Source: Nitrososphaerota archaeon (GTDB lineage Archaea; Thermoproteota; Nitrososphaeria_A; Caldarchaeales; Caldarchaeaceae). Taken from it: a stretch of DNA of 64,000 bases. Below the pieces are notes generated by a model, which was given only the letters and a program-made list of their open reading frames with translations, made no database searches and was not told the DNA's origin. The stretch is from contig JBEPYN010000002.1 of assembly GCA_041641305.1 (NCBI GenBank), forward strand, positions 160,001 to 224,000, in the 5' to 3' direction. How positions within the stretch are numbered: the stretch's first letter is position 1; every line of letters begins with the position of its first letter. The position numbers and the translations under genes were made by a program. Shown in pieces: positions 19,964 through 29,987 of the stretch.

Positions 19964-20415
19964 CCGCTTGAGTGGTTTTCGCTCCACAGGCGGATAAACC
20001 ATTCCGGGACACGTGGCTTCTCCACGATGTCATAGTAGTCGTAGGGCTTGATGTCGAGAACGGGTGTGCCTGTGAAGGCGTCCAGTCCGAGAACTCTTAA
20101 CCCATTTGTTGTGACCTCGACGAGCCTACAAAGCGTCAGCCCTATTGGGTTTGGCCGTGTAGGACCTCGGAAAGCAAAGACACCAACCTCAGGCATATCT
20201 GCTCTACCACGGGGACGGATAACAAGCTGCACACGCTTCTCGAGATGCATGTAGTAGATGACGTAGACGTGGCTGTATTCTCCAAGACCCCGCAGCCCAT
20301 CTCTATACTCCTGATAAACTTCTATGTAGGAGGGGTTGCGCCACCTGCTCCACTCAACATTCTTCTCGGCAGGCATACCCTCCACAACAACACCGATAGG
20401 CTTGAGCGTAATCAT
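19948..20415 (-). CDS. tsaA: tRNA m6t6A37 methyltransferase TsaA/TrmO family
   Basis: GVFA.R.P.RPNPIGLT and GLDA..GTPVLDIKPY. Confidence 0.88.
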   Translation of the reverse strand: MITLKPIGVVVEGMPAEKNVEWSRWRNPSYIEVYQEYRDGLRGLGEYSHVYVIYYMHLEKRVQLVIRPRGRADMPEVGVFAFRGPTRPNPIGLTLCRLVEVTTNGLRVLGLDAFTGTPVLDIKPYDYYDIVEKPRVPEWFIRLWSENHSSGHPMP

Positions 20416-20419
20416 GCAA

Positions 20420-21019
20420 TCACCCCCTCAACGCCGCAGCCGCCGCAAAAAACCGTTGAACCACAGTAATTAATGAGACAGCTGTTATGAAGACTGCTGC
20501 GGCGAAGATGGTTAACGGGTTGATGTATGCGGTGAATGTGGCAACTATAGCGGCCAGCAGCCTTACAGCTCTCTCGCCTACACCCACCTCTTTCAGGCTA
20601 ACTCCAAGCGCCTCGGCCCTCGCTCTCGCGTAGCTGACGAGCATGCTTGAGGCAAGCATTCCAAGAGCAAGCACAGCGTCCACGACACCCGACAACAAAA
20701 AACCAAACACTATCAAGGCATCTGACACCCTGTCGGTGAACGAGTCCAAGAATGCTCCGAAACGCGACTGGCTGCCGAGTAGACGGGCGAGTGAGCCGTC
20801 CAACCCATCGAGGAAAGAGCTCACCGCAAGCAACACACCCGCCAAAAGGAAATAGCCGAGGTTCTCGCGGGACAGATAATAGCAAATTGTAGCCGCGGCA
20901 GTAAGTATGAGACCTGCCGCCGTCAACATATTTGGTGTTATGCTGCTGTGTGCGAGCAGCTTGACGATGGGTGTGATGGTTTTCTCGAAGAGGCCGCGGC
21001 CTCGTCGGCTTATGGACAC
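20420..21019 (-). CDS. CDP-alcohol phosphatidyltransferase (archaetidylinositol-phosphate synthase-like)
   Basis: TPN.LT, DGLDGSLAR...FGAFLDSFTDRVSD, SYARARAE. Confidence 0.9.
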   Translation of the reverse strand: MSISRRGRGLFEKTITPIVKLLAHSSITPNMLTAAGLILTAAATICYYLSRENLGYFLLAGVLLAVSSFLDGLDGSLARLLGSQSRFGAFLDSFTDRVSDALIVFGFLLSGVVDAVLALGMLASSMLVSYARARAEALGVSLKEVGVGERAVRLLAAIVATFTAYINPLTIFAAAVFITAVSLITVVQRFFAAAAALRG

Positions 21020-21109
21020 GATTGCTTAGATGGTGTCATGGATTTATAGGCTGTGGTGCGCTGCGACAGATTTATAAGTGCTGGTATCGAGTTTTTCGCG
21101 TGGTCGGGT

Positions 21110-21457
21110 TTGGTCAACGATGAAGCCTTGATGCAGGCGCAGCGACTGGTTGAGGCCGCGAAAACCCATCCAGAAGTTTCGCGCAAAGCCGCGGGGTGGA
21201 GTAAGGTTGTCCAGTTCAAGCCCAGCGACGGCACACCGTTCTACATCCACACAACTGCCTCGGGTCTCACGGTAACTGAGGGGCTTCACCCCAACCCATC
21301 TGCAACAGTTGAGTCAAGCCATCAAGACCTCGTGTCCATACTCCGCGGAGAACTCGACGCGGTTAAGGCGTTTTTCTCCGGCCGAATTAAGATTAAGGGA
21401 GACGTGTTTGCGGCGCAGGAGCTTAACTCGCTGTTCTCGACGCTTCTGAAGACCTGA
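21110..21457 (+). CDS. SCP2 sterol-carrier-like lipid-binding domain protein
   Basis: ILRGELDAVKAFFSGRIKIKGD SCP2 C-terminal signature; start uncertain (TTG 21110). Confidence 0.78.
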   Translation: MVNDEALMQAQRLVEAAKTHPEVSRKAAGWSKVVQFKPSDGTPFYIHTTASGLTVTEGLHPNPSATVESSHQDLVSILRGELDAVKAFFSGRIKIKGDVFAAQELNSLFSTLLKT

Positions 21458-21893
21458 GTGTCTCGAGTGTTTTCAAGGCCTCCGACACATGTGTGGATGG
21501 GTTGATTGACTGGATTATCTTGACTACGCGGCCCTCGGGGTCTATGATGAGAGTCATCCTCCTGGTTACCCCAAATAATCCAGCCGCGCCATATGCCTTC
21601 ACCACCTCGCCCGAGGTGTCGCTCAACAAATGATGCGTGAAGCCATGTTTCTCGGCGAATCGTTTGTGGCTCTCGACGCTGTCGCGGCTTATCCCCAGCG
21701 TAACGGCGCCCAGCTTCTCAAACTTCTCAAAGTTATCGCGTAGAAGACAGTTTTCACGGGTGCATCCAGGAGACCCATCCTTAGGATAAAAGAACAAGAC
21801 AACATAGCGGCCTCTTAATTTCTCGAGGCTGACACGCTCACCTGTGTGGGAAACAAGCTCAAAACCCGGCGCAGCATCTCCAACCTTAACCAT
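21423..21893 (-). CDS. bcp: Peroxiredoxin, BCP/PrxQ type
   Basis: FYPKDGSPGCTRENC (CxxxxC), GISRD..ESH..F. Confidence 0.9.
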   Translation of the reverse strand: MVKVGDAAPGFELVSHTGERVSLEKLRGRYVVLFFYPKDGSPGCTRENCLLRDNFEKFEKLGAVTLGISRDSVESHKRFAEKHGFTHHLLSDTSGEVVKAYGAAGLFGVTRRMTLIIDPEGRVVKIIQSINPSTHVSEALKTLETLRSSEASRTAS

Positions 21894-21985
21894 AGCCGAT
21901 GTAACGTTGTTCCGAAATTAAAACCATGGCAACCTACTCGGATTGTTTTCTAAGCCTTTATACTTCGTTTCTGATACTGTGTTTT

Positions 21986-22567
21986 GTGCTGGATGCGATT
22001 GCTGAAGAGATCAGGTCATGTAGGCTCTGTCCGCTGTGGAGAGGTAGGAGGAATGCTGTGCCGGGTGAGGGTAACCCGCGGGCGGAGCTGATGTTTATCG
22101 GTGAGGGCCCTGGCGAGGAGGAGGATTTGCAGGGTAGGCCTTTTGTGGGGCGTTCGGGCAAGCTGTTGACTGAGGCGTTGGAGAAAGCAGGCATCAGACG
22201 AGAGGATGTTTATATTACGAACGTCGTCAAATGCAGGCCGCCGGAAAACCGTGAACCGACACCTGAGGAGAGAAAAATCTGCACAAACAATTATCTCTTC
22301 AGACAGATTGAGGCCGTGAACCCGCGGTTGATAGTTTTGCTGGGCTCGGTCGCTGTTCAAACACTTCTCGGAATATCTTCCGTAACGGCGGTGAGGGGCA
22401 AGGCTTTCGAGAAAAGGGGCCGCAGGTTTTTCTGCACCTACCATCCAGCGGCAGCCCTCTACAACCCCGGAAACAAGGAAACCTTCTTCAACGACATCAA
22501 ACAGGCCCGTGAACTTTTGGAAAGCCTGAAACCTTTCGATAAGCAGAAAACGCTTTTCGAAGTGTGA
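21986..22567 (+). CDS. udg: Uracil-DNA glycosylase family 4 (4Fe-4S)
   Basis: CRLCPL, GEGPG..ED..GRPFVG, KCRPPENR, HPAA; GTG start 21986. Confidence 0.92.
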   Translation: MLDAIAEEIRSCRLCPLWRGRRNAVPGEGNPRAELMFIGEGPGEEEDLQGRPFVGRSGKLLTEALEKAGIRREDVYITNVVKCRPPENREPTPEERKICTNNYLFRQIEAVNPRLIVLLGSVAVQTLLGISSVTAVRGKAFEKRGRRFFCTYHPAAALYNPGNKETFFNDIKQARELLESLKPFDKQKTLFEV

Positions 22568-22571
22568 GAGG

Positions 22572-23147
22572 TTGTCATTCTATCGGCTTGACCGCGGTTT
22601 CTACGACCGCGACACCGTGGAGCTGGCGAAGCTTCTGCTGGGTAAAGTGTTGTGTGTTAGACGCGGCGACATGGTCATGAGCTGCCGCATCGTCGAGACA
22701 GAGGCGTATGTGAAAAACGATAAGGCTAACCACGCCTACAGGGGAATGACTAAACGTAACAAAAGCATGTTCGGCCCGCCGGGAACACTCTATGTCTACA
22801 TGGTTCACACCCATTACTGCATGAACGTGGTGCGTGGAGGTGGTGAGGCTGTGCTTATCCGTGCTGCTGAGCCTCTTGCGAACGTCGATGGCAGGCTTGA
22901 TGGGCCGGGGAAGCTGTGCAGGGCCCTCGGCGTTGATAGGTCTTTTGACGGGGAGGACCTCTGTGTCTCGGAGAGGGTTTGGTTGATGGATGATGGCTAC
23001 AAGTTTACGAAAATCGCGGTCACGAGGCGTATCGGTGTGACCGCCGACGTTCACAGGCTGCTCCGCTTCTACATAGCTGGGTCTCCTTACGTTTCGCGGA
23101 AAAATGTTCCTGTCCGAAGGCTTCTGGATGCTAGTCGATGGTTTTAG
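22572..23147 (+). CDS. 3-methyladenine DNA glycosylase (MPG/AAG family)
   Basis: LLGK, IVETEAY, MFG.PG..YVY, AVLIRA.EP, GPGKLC.ALG, RIGV. Confidence 0.9.
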   Translation: MSFYRLDRGFYDRDTVELAKLLLGKVLCVRRGDMVMSCRIVETEAYVKNDKANHAYRGMTKRNKSMFGPPGTLYVYMVHTHYCMNVVRGGGEAVLIRAAEPLANVDGRLDGPGKLCRALGVDRSFDGEDLCVSERVWLMDDGYKFTKIAVTRRIGVTADVHRLLRFYIAGSPYVSRKNVPVRRLLDASRWF

Positions 23148-24426
23148 ACGCGGCCGCGGCGTGGCCTGTCAAGCCCTCCGCCCGGGCCAGTAACGCAGCA
23201 TGTTTGCCGAGACGCTTCGCCGCACCCTTCATCACCCGCACCTCCGTAACTATCTTCACGTAGTCGAGGATGCTCAGCCCACTTCTCACAGCCGCCTGGC
23301 CCATGGTGGGCAAAACATGGTTTACCCCCACTACGTAATCGCATAAGGCTGGTGATGTGTAGCGGCCGTAGGAGATCAGTCCCGCGTTTGTGATGCTCTG
23401 TAGGAGCTTCTCGTTTTTGGAGACGATGTAGAGATGCTCTGGTGCAATGGCCTGTATCAAGGCGGCGGCTGTCGTGGGCTTGTCGCAGACAACAGCGTAT
23501 CCGTTTTTCTGAAGAGACTCGTTCACGATCTCGCCGCGCTCCAGCCTCGGTGTAATAAGTTTAAGAAACTTGAGCACCTCGTTCACCAGCTCATCTGAGG
23601 TCGTCACCAAGCCAACCAAGGTATCTGTGCTATGTTCCGCCTGGGCACACATCTCCAGCGCCACGTTCTCGGCGTCGGCAACATCGTCAGCATATACGCA
23701 GAGCTCGGTAGGCCCCGCCAACATGTCCACTGCCACATCACGACTCACCAGCTTCATTGCAGCTGTCACATAGGGCCCCCCGGGGCCGACTATTTTCGTC
23801 ACGGGCCTGATTGTCTCGGTGCCGTAGGCCATGGCTGCCACGGCGTGTGGGCCTCCTGCGGTGTAAACTTCTTTGACGCCCGTGAGATAAAGCGCTGCGG
23901 CGACTACGGTGGGTATGTTTCCCTCGCGTGTGGGAGGTGTGAAAACAGCTATGCGTGGGACTTCGGCAACCTTCGCGGGTATAACTGTCATCAAAACGGT
24001 GCTTGGATACGCTGCCCCGCCTCCCGGAACGTAGCAGCCAACCGAGGGGATTGGAGAGGGCCGCTGAACAACGTAGACACCCTCCTCAACCCTGATACTG
24101 GAAAACAATCTCTTCAGCTGCGATCTACAAACCTTGGCTATGTTCTCCGCAGACTTTTTGAGAGCCTTCTTTGTCGCCTCGTCAAGCCGTGCATAGGCGT
24201 CGGCAAGCTTCTCCACAGGGACGTGGAGCTTCTCGAGACCTATCGCAGGTGAGTCAAATTTTTTCACATACTCGATGAGTGCCTCGTCACCCCTTGCCTT
24301 AACATCCTCAACAACTCTCCGCACCACTTCAACGTAGGTGTCAAAGGATTTCCTACTAGACACTATTTCGGCAGCCACTTCAGATATGTTCTTTGCTTCT
24401 ACTCTGTAGAACCTCAATCTACGCAC
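23131..24426 (-). CDS. hisD: Histidinol dehydrogenase
   Basis: YVPGG.A.YPST, KIVGPG, DMLAGPTE, AQAEH, APEHL, NHVLPT, EGL..HA. Confidence 0.93.
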   Translation of the reverse strand: MRRLRFYRVEAKNISEVAAEIVSSRKSFDTYVEVVRRVVEDVKARGDEALIEYVKKFDSPAIGLEKLHVPVEKLADAYARLDEATKKALKKSAENIAKVCRSQLKRLFSSIRVEEGVYVVQRPSPIPSVGCYVPGGGAAYPSTVLMTVIPAKVAEVPRIAVFTPPTREGNIPTVVAAALYLTGVKEVYTAGGPHAVAAMAYGTETIRPVTKIVGPGGPYVTAAMKLVSRDVAVDMLAGPTELCVYADDVADAENVALEMCAQAEHSTDTLVGLVTTSDELVNEVLKFLKLITPRLERGEIVNESLQKNGYAVVCDKPTTAAALIQAIAPEHLYIVSKNEKLLQSITNAGLISYGRYTSPALCDYVVGVNHVLPTMGQAAVRSGLSILDYVKIVTEVRVMKGAAKRLGKHAALLARAEGLTGHAAAASKTID

Positions 24427-24532
24427 GGGTTTGGTTTAGCCGCTTTTATGGCTTTGCTGTAAGGCTTGTGATAAAAGTGTTGTGGATGGATTATGGGCAA
24501 CGGTTTTATCGGAGTAGTTGGACGAGGGCTTC

Positions 24533-25027
24533 ATGGTTTCCGGACGCGTAGTGGTTGCTGTCGTGTTGGTGGTTCTGGTAGCGGGTATAGGTGTGCTTTT
24601 GATAGGGATGCAGCAGACACCGCCCCCGACCAACACAACCACGGCCACCACATCGGCAACAACCACAACAACCCAAACCCCAGCAACAACACAGAACATC
24701 GTATCTCTCACACTCTACCTCAACGACTACGGCTACAACGCCTCACGCGGCGGCCCAACAATCACAGCATATGTCGGCGACATCATACGCATCAGACTAA
24801 TAGGCAACAGCTCAGGACCCATAGTCCACGACTTCGTGCTCGACAAAAACAGCCCCTCACCATACAACGTCAAATCAAACCGCCTAAGCAGAGGACAGGA
24901 ACAGGTAATAGAATTCACAGCCAACATCCCCGGAGAATTCAAGTACTACTGCAGCGTCGCTCCTCCCGCTGGACTGAGCCACAGAGAACGTGGCCAAGAA
25001 GGCGTCATCAGGATACTGGAGAAATGA
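24533..25027 (+). CDS. Membrane-anchored cupredoxin (blue copper) domain protein with Thr-rich linker
   Basis: N-terminal TM helix, T-rich linker, HDF and PGEFKYYC...H...GQEG type-1 Cu loop. Confidence 0.8.
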   Translation: MVSGRVVVAVVLVVLVAGIGVLLIGMQQTPPPTNTTTATTSATTTTTQTPATTQNIVSLTLYLNDYGYNASRGGPTITAYVGDIIRIRLIGNSSGPIVHDFVLDKNSPSPYNVKSNRLSRGQEQVIEFTANIPGEFKYYCSVAPPAGLSHRERGQEGVIRILEK

Positions 25028-25407
25028 AGAACAAATCCATAGCTGCCCCGCTTGCTTTATCCATTTTCTTCAGCACAGTTCTCTTGTTAACTGATGCGGA
25101 GCTCTGGACGGTTGCGCCCTCTCACGCCTATGCATTAGCAGGGTTCATGGCAGCAGATGTTGTGGTCACAGTTCTCGCATTAAAGGGTCATCCACGTATC
25201 CCCGCCATGGGAACGGTGTATGGTGTGGGGAAGTTTGCTGTTTTCCTCGGGGACATTTTGACGGCGCCTGAATTCGGCCTAACATACGGAGAGTTCGCGG
25301 CCTACTTGTTCAGCCTCTGGGGCTACAACGGCCTCCTAGTTTCCCAGCTTCTCATAGCCGCCGGTTCGTATCTCGATTGGCGGCGTCAAACCACGACAAG
25401 GTCATAG
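25024..25407 (+). CDS. Small integral membrane protein (about 4 TM)
   Basis: ATGA overlap with the cupredoxin stop; hydrophobic MKNKSIAAPLALS... sequence. Confidence 0.7.
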   Translation: MKNKSIAAPLALSIFFSTVLLLTDAELWTVAPSHAYALAGFMAADVVVTVLALKGHPRIPAMGTVYGVGKFAVFLGDILTAPEFGLTYGEFAAYLFSLWGYNGLLVSQLLIAAGSYLDWRRQTTTRS

Positions 25408-26348
25408 ACCCTGATGACCATGCGGGGTGAAATCTCCTTCACAACCCTTGTCTCCCTCAACCGCAACCCAGAATAACCCCTCTTGATACTCTCCCAAACA
25501 CTTTCACCTCCGCCACGCTCCTCAGCCACGTAAAGATGTATGACCGCGTCTGACACACATTTTGGAAGAGCCGTGGGCAGATACTTTAGAGACTGGTGCG
25601 GCAGGTTCATGATGACGCGGTTAAACTGTTTATCCAGCTGGGGAACTATTTCGGCTGCGTCGCCGCAGAAGGGCTTGACCCGTTTCTCGACCTTGTTGAG
25701 CCTGATGTTCTCGATGAGGTAGCTGTATGCGGTGGGATTTTTCTCGACGGCGTAGACAATTGTTGATGGATGTTTGCGTGCTATTAGGATTGAGAAGGGC
25801 CCCACGCCGGCGAACATGTCGAGCACACATTCTCCCTCACCCACCTGAGATGCTACACGGAGCCGCTCTGTCGAGAGACGTGGACTGAAGAAGACCCGTG
25901 CAACATCCAGTTTATAGACGCATCCCGACTCGCGGTGAACGGTTTCCGTGACACCATCGCCCGCCAACACCCTGTAAGAAGCAACCCTCTCCTCCCCCGA
26001 CACCTCACCAACCTTCTGCAAAACAGTCCTCACACGCCTATGCCACGCCATGATAAGCTCAGCAAGCCGAGCCGCCTCCCCCACATCCAAATCCATATCA
26101 TTCAGGATAGCCACCTCCCCAACAACATCATAAGATGCCCTGAACTCGGGGCCTCTCTGCTCCGCCGGCGGCAGCGAGGCCGACACAACCTCGAACCCAA
26201 GATCCACGGGCCCCTTTACAGGAATGTATACATATTCTCCGTCTCTCACGATACGGCGGCCCCTATCCAATAAACTGAGGGCGGCTAGCTTTCTCCGAAC
26301 CTCCTCAGCATTTCTCCGGGGAACCTTAACAGCCAAACTCGGTTCCAA
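25386..26348 (-). CDS. trm5: tRNA (guanine37-N1)-methyltransferase Trm5 family
   Basis: Trm5 N-domain, FFSPRLSTERLR, DMFAGVGPF, EKNP, IMNLP. Confidence 0.82.
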   Translation of the reverse strand: MEPSLAVKVPRRNAEEVRRKLAALSLLDRGRRIVRDGEYVYIPVKGPVDLGFEVVSASLPPAEQRGPEFRASYDVVGEVAILNDMDLDVGEAARLAELIMAWHRRVRTVLQKVGEVSGEERVASYRVLAGDGVTETVHRESGCVYKLDVARVFFSPRLSTERLRVASQVGEGECVLDMFAGVGPFSILIARKHPSTIVYAVEKNPTAYSYLIENIRLNKVEKRVKPFCGDAAEIVPQLDKQFNRVIMNLPHQSLKYLPTALPKCVSDAVIHLYVAEERGGGESVWESIKRGYSGLRLRETRVVKEISPRMVIRVYDLVVV

Positions 26349-26406
26349 ACTTTTCCCCGATGAATTAAAGAGTCTTGAACCTTAAATCTATGACAACATC
26401 GCGTCC

Positions 26407-27690
26407 ATGCATAGAATGAACACAGCGGCTTATTTCTCCGGACTTGTTGTGCTGGCGCTTCTCCTTGGCGGGATGATCCTTAGGGGAAGGTTCCCCAAAG
26501 TTCCCATATGGTCCCTCATGATGTTAAGTGCCGCCATCACTCTATTGCTTGGCCTAGTTGGTGTGGATGAGGCTGTACAGCTGATAGACTTGGATGTCAT
26601 AATGCTGTTGATAGGGATGTTTGCTTTGGTGGGGATGGCTGAGTACTCTGGTCTCCTAGACTTCATCTCGAGCTACTTCCTCTCAAAGGTGAGAGACACT
26701 AGAACCATGTCTATTATGTCCTCGCTGCTTTTCGGCCTAATGGCGGCTTTCTTCGTCAACGACACAGTCGCTTTAATGGGACCTCCGATAGCTGTTCTGA
26801 TAGGCAAGTCTCTCGGCGGCAGATACGAGGCGGCAATCCTGCTTCTCTGCCTATCCATAACTATCGGCTCCGTAATGACTCCTATAGGGAACCCGCAAAA
26901 CATCCTCATCGCTCTTCAGTCCGGCATGAGGTCGCCCTTCATAGAATTCCTCACGCGGCTAGCGGCACCTACCCTGCTCTCCCTCATAATCACTCCACTC
27001 ATTATCGCCAAGCTGTACAAAATTCCTAAAGAAGGCGTCGTGGTTCCCATCGACCCGTGGGAGACTGTGAAGTCAAGGAAAGATTTCTATCTCGCTCTGT
27101 TCGGTGGAAGTGTAACTGTAGCCGCCCTCATAGTCAACGATGTCCTCGCCGCGCTCGGTCAACCGCACATCACTTCACGGGGGCTAATACCCTTCGTCTC
27201 AGCAGCAGCCCTCTGGGTTCTAACAGATTCTCCAAGAGAGATACTTTCGAGGGTTGATTTTGGCACGATCCTGTTTTTCTTAGGAATGTTTATCGCGGTT
27301 GAGGGGGTGTGGCGCTCACAGGTCCTCTCACCTCTGTTTTCTATGATGAACTCCGGCGACCCAGCAGGGCCTATGGGTCTCCTGCAGCTGACTTTCATCT
27401 CGATGGTTATGAGCCAGTTGATAAGCAACGTCCCATTCACGAAGCTGGCCATACAGCAGCTCGAGATGATGGGGGTAGGGGGTCACGATGTTAAAGTCTG
27501 GCTGACTTTAGCGGCGTCCTCAACACTGGCCGGAGGAATAACTGTCCTAGGCGCCGCCTCTAACGTGATAGTTATAGAGGTCTTGGAGAGCAGGTATGGA
27601 CAGACGATATCGTATCTCAGGTTCATGAAAGTCGGTCTCCTTGTGACTGCCGTCGCCCTTTGCATCTACTTGCCCTTTCTCCTCCTGTAA
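26407..27690 (+). CDS. ArsB/NhaD (IT superfamily) anion transporter
   Basis: Polytopic; FFVNDT, GSVMTPIGNPQN, ISNVP, GAASN motifs. Confidence 0.85.
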   Translation: MHRMNTAAYFSGLVVLALLLGGMILRGRFPKVPIWSLMMLSAAITLLLGLVGVDEAVQLIDLDVIMLLIGMFALVGMAEYSGLLDFISSYFLSKVRDTRTMSIMSSLLFGLMAAFFVNDTVALMGPPIAVLIGKSLGGRYEAAILLLCLSITIGSVMTPIGNPQNILIALQSGMRSPFIEFLTRLAAPTLLSLIITPLIIAKLYKIPKEGVVVPIDPWETVKSRKDFYLALFGGSVTVAALIVNDVLAALGQPHITSRGLIPFVSAAALWVLTDSPREILSRVDFGTILFFLGMFIAVEGVWRSQVLSPLFSMMNSGDPAGPMGLLQLTFISMVMSQLISNVPFTKLAIQQLEMMGVGGHDVKVWLTLAASSTLAGGITVLGAASNVIVIEVLESRYGQTISYLRFMKVGLLVTAVALCIYLPFLLL

Positions 27691-27765
27691 TATCGCCTCT
27701 ACCTCTGTCCTCCTCTGCTGCATAATTCCTTTTAAATAGCCATGTTGGTTAACATTTGAAGATTC

Positions 27766-28197
27766 TTGAGTTCGGCTGTTGCTTCTAAAAGGTTTAGCGA
27801 CGAGTTTGCCCTCATCTTGGATAGGGTGGTTAAGGTTGTGACCAGCTCCGGTGTTTACACCGGGCGTGTATTGGCCTACAACCTCAGCGACTACAGCCTC
27901 TGGCTCGCCGACGCCAAGGAGGAATCGGGAAACGTCTACTCCAAGATATTCTTGGCAGGTGGAAGCATCACCAGGATAGAGGTGCTTGAGACGGGGCCTG
28001 ACATGTCCGCGCTCGTCGAGAGGCTAAACAGGCTTTTCCCCAACCTCGTCGTCTACCATAAGGAATCGGACACCATAGTCGTCATGGATAGAATCAGGGT
28101 CTCACGTGAAGGCGTATTTGGAGAAGGGCCCGCCGCAGAAAGGGTCAAGAAAGTCTACGAGGAGTTCATGAGGGAGCAGAAGGCCAAAACCGGCTAG
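27766..28197 (+). CDS. Sm-like archaeal protein with C-terminal extension (SmAP3 type)
   Basis: Sm1/Sm2-like N-half (V.V....YTG.V......L.L.DA) plus RLFP..V...DRIRV...GV..EGPAAERV C-domain. Confidence 0.75.
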   Translation: MSSAVASKRFSDEFALILDRVVKVVTSSGVYTGRVLAYNLSDYSLWLADAKEESGNVYSKIFLAGGSITRIEVLETGPDMSALVERLNRLFPNLVVYHKESDTIVVMDRIRVSREGVFGEGPAAERVKKVYEEFMREQKAKTG

Positions 28198-28294
28198 ATA
28201 CATTTTTATCCACAATATGTTTCCATGGGTTAAACGTTTTATAGCGAAAATTCCCCCTTTCCGCCAAGCCTTGGGCTGAAGCAGGTGGTTGCCG

Positions 28295-29914
28295 ATGGTT
28301 AAGTGGCGGACTCTTGTCCACAATGGTGTCGCTCTTCCCCCACCCTATCAGCCGAAAGGACTGTCCATCAAGGTACGGGGTGAAACCGTCAAGCTGGACC
28401 CACTGCAGGAGGAGATGGCATATGCATGGGCCCTCAAAAAAGACACACCCTATGTCCAAGACCCAGTTTTCCAGAGAAACTTCCTCACCGATTTTCTCAA
28501 AACATTCAACGGCCGCTTTCAAGACGTCACCATAGATGACATAGATTTTTCGGAGGTTTACGAGTATGTGGAGAGGGAGAGGCAGCTTAAGGCGGATAAG
28601 GAGTATCGTAAGAAGCTTTCGGCTGAGAGGAAGAAGCTACGGGAGGAGCTTAAGGCGCGGTATGGATGGGCTGTGATGGATGGGAAAAGGTTTGAGGTAG
28701 CTAATTGGATGGTTGAGCCGCCTGGCATATTCATGGGCCGTGGGAACCATCCTCTAAGAGGCCGCTGGAAACCACGCATATATGAGGAGGATATCACGCT
28801 GAACCTCGGCGAAGACGCGCCCATCCCAGAGGGTAACTGGGGCCAGATAGTTCATGACCATGACTCGATGTGGCTGGCGCGTTGGGATGACAAGCTCACG
28901 GGGAAGGAGAAGTATGTCTGGCTCAGCGACACAGCTGACATCAAGCAGAAACGGGACAAATCCAAGTATGACAAGGCCGAGATGCTTGAGAACCATATCG
29001 AAAGGGTGCGGGAGAAGATTTTCAAGGGTCTGAGGTCCACGGAGCCGAAGATGCGTGAAATCGCTCTCGCATGCTACTTGATTGACAGGCTTGCGATGAG
29101 GGTTGGGGATGAGAAGGACCCCGATGAAGCGGACACCGTCGGCGCCACCACCCTCAGAGTTGAGCATGTGAAGCTTTTCAAGGATAGGATAGAGTTTGAT
29201 TTCCTCGGCAAGGACAGCGTTAGGTGGCAGAAGTCGATAGACCTCCGAAACGAGCCGCCGGAAGTTCGTCAAGTGTTTGAAGAGCTTCTCGAAGGCAAGA
29301 AAGAGGGTGACCAGATTTTCCAGAACATCAACAGCAGGCATGTCAACCGTTTCCTCGGAAAAATCGTGAAAGGACTCACAGCCAAAGTCTTCAGAACATA
29401 CATAGCGACAAAGATTGTGAAAGATTTTCTCGCAACAATTCCGCGGGAGAAAGTTACTTCGCAGGAGAGGTTCATCTACTACGCTAAGCTTGCTAACCTG
29501 AAGGCTGCGGAGGCCCTTAACCATAAGAGGGCTCCGCCGAAGAACTGGGAGCAGTCTATTCAGAAGAAGGAGGAGCGTGTGAAGAAGTTGATGCAGCAGC
29601 TTCGGGAGGCGGAGACGGAGAAGAAGAAGGCCCGGATAGCGGCCAGCCTCGAGAAAGCCGAGCTCAACCTCGACCTCGCCGTCAAGGTGCGTGACTACAA
29701 CCTCGCAACCTCTCTCCGCAACTACATCGACCCACGCGTCTACAAAGCATGGGGCAAATTCACGGGCTACGACTGGCGAAAAATCTACACAGCAAGCCTC
29801 CTCCGCAAATTCAAGTGGGTCGAGAAAGCATCGGTCAAACAGGTTTTGAACTATTTTGAGGAAAAACAGTTGAAGGATGTGGAAAAAGATATACAAGTGA
29901 AGGCAACTGTGTAG
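28295..29914 (+). CDS. DNA topoisomerase IB (eukaryote-like)
   Basis: KWRTL.HNGV, EPPGIFMGRG.HP.RG, RVGDEK, FDFLGKDS, AKVFRTY, NH, catalytic NYIDPR. Confidence 0.96.
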   Translation: MVKWRTLVHNGVALPPPYQPKGLSIKVRGETVKLDPLQEEMAYAWALKKDTPYVQDPVFQRNFLTDFLKTFNGRFQDVTIDDIDFSEVYEYVERERQLKADKEYRKKLSAERKKLREELKARYGWAVMDGKRFEVANWMVEPPGIFMGRGNHPLRGRWKPRIYEEDITLNLGEDAPIPEGNWGQIVHDHDSMWLARWDDKLTGKEKYVWLSDTADIKQKRDKSKYDKAEMLENHIERVREKIFKGLRSTEPKMREIALACYLIDRLAMRVGDEKDPDEADTVGATTLRVEHVKLFKDRIEFDFLGKDSVRWQKSIDLRNEPPEVRQVFEELLEGKKEGDQIFQNINSRHVNRFLGKIVKGLTAKVFRTYIATKIVKDFLATIPREKVTSQERFIYYAKLANLKAAEALNHKRAPPKNWEQSIQKKEERVKKLMQQLREAETEKKKARIAASLEKAELNLDLAVKVRDYNLATSLRNYIDPRVYKAWGKFTGYDWRKIYTASLLRKFKWVEKASVKQVLNYFEEKQLKDVEKDIQVKATV

Positions 29915-29987
29915 AGTCAGTTTTTTGTCAATTTTTTATTTAGTGAAATTATATTAGAGGATTTGAATATACTAATGTCGAGGAATC

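Noticed and set aside
24493-25023. N-terminal part of the 304-aa ORF 24493-25407
   Set aside because: Overlaps the cupredoxin gene in another frame; the real membrane protein most likely starts at ATG 25024.
28754-29896. 380-aa antisense ORF opposite topoisomerase IB, and similar antisense ORFs elsewhere
   Set aside because: Shadow frames of well-supported genes with no recognisable motifs.
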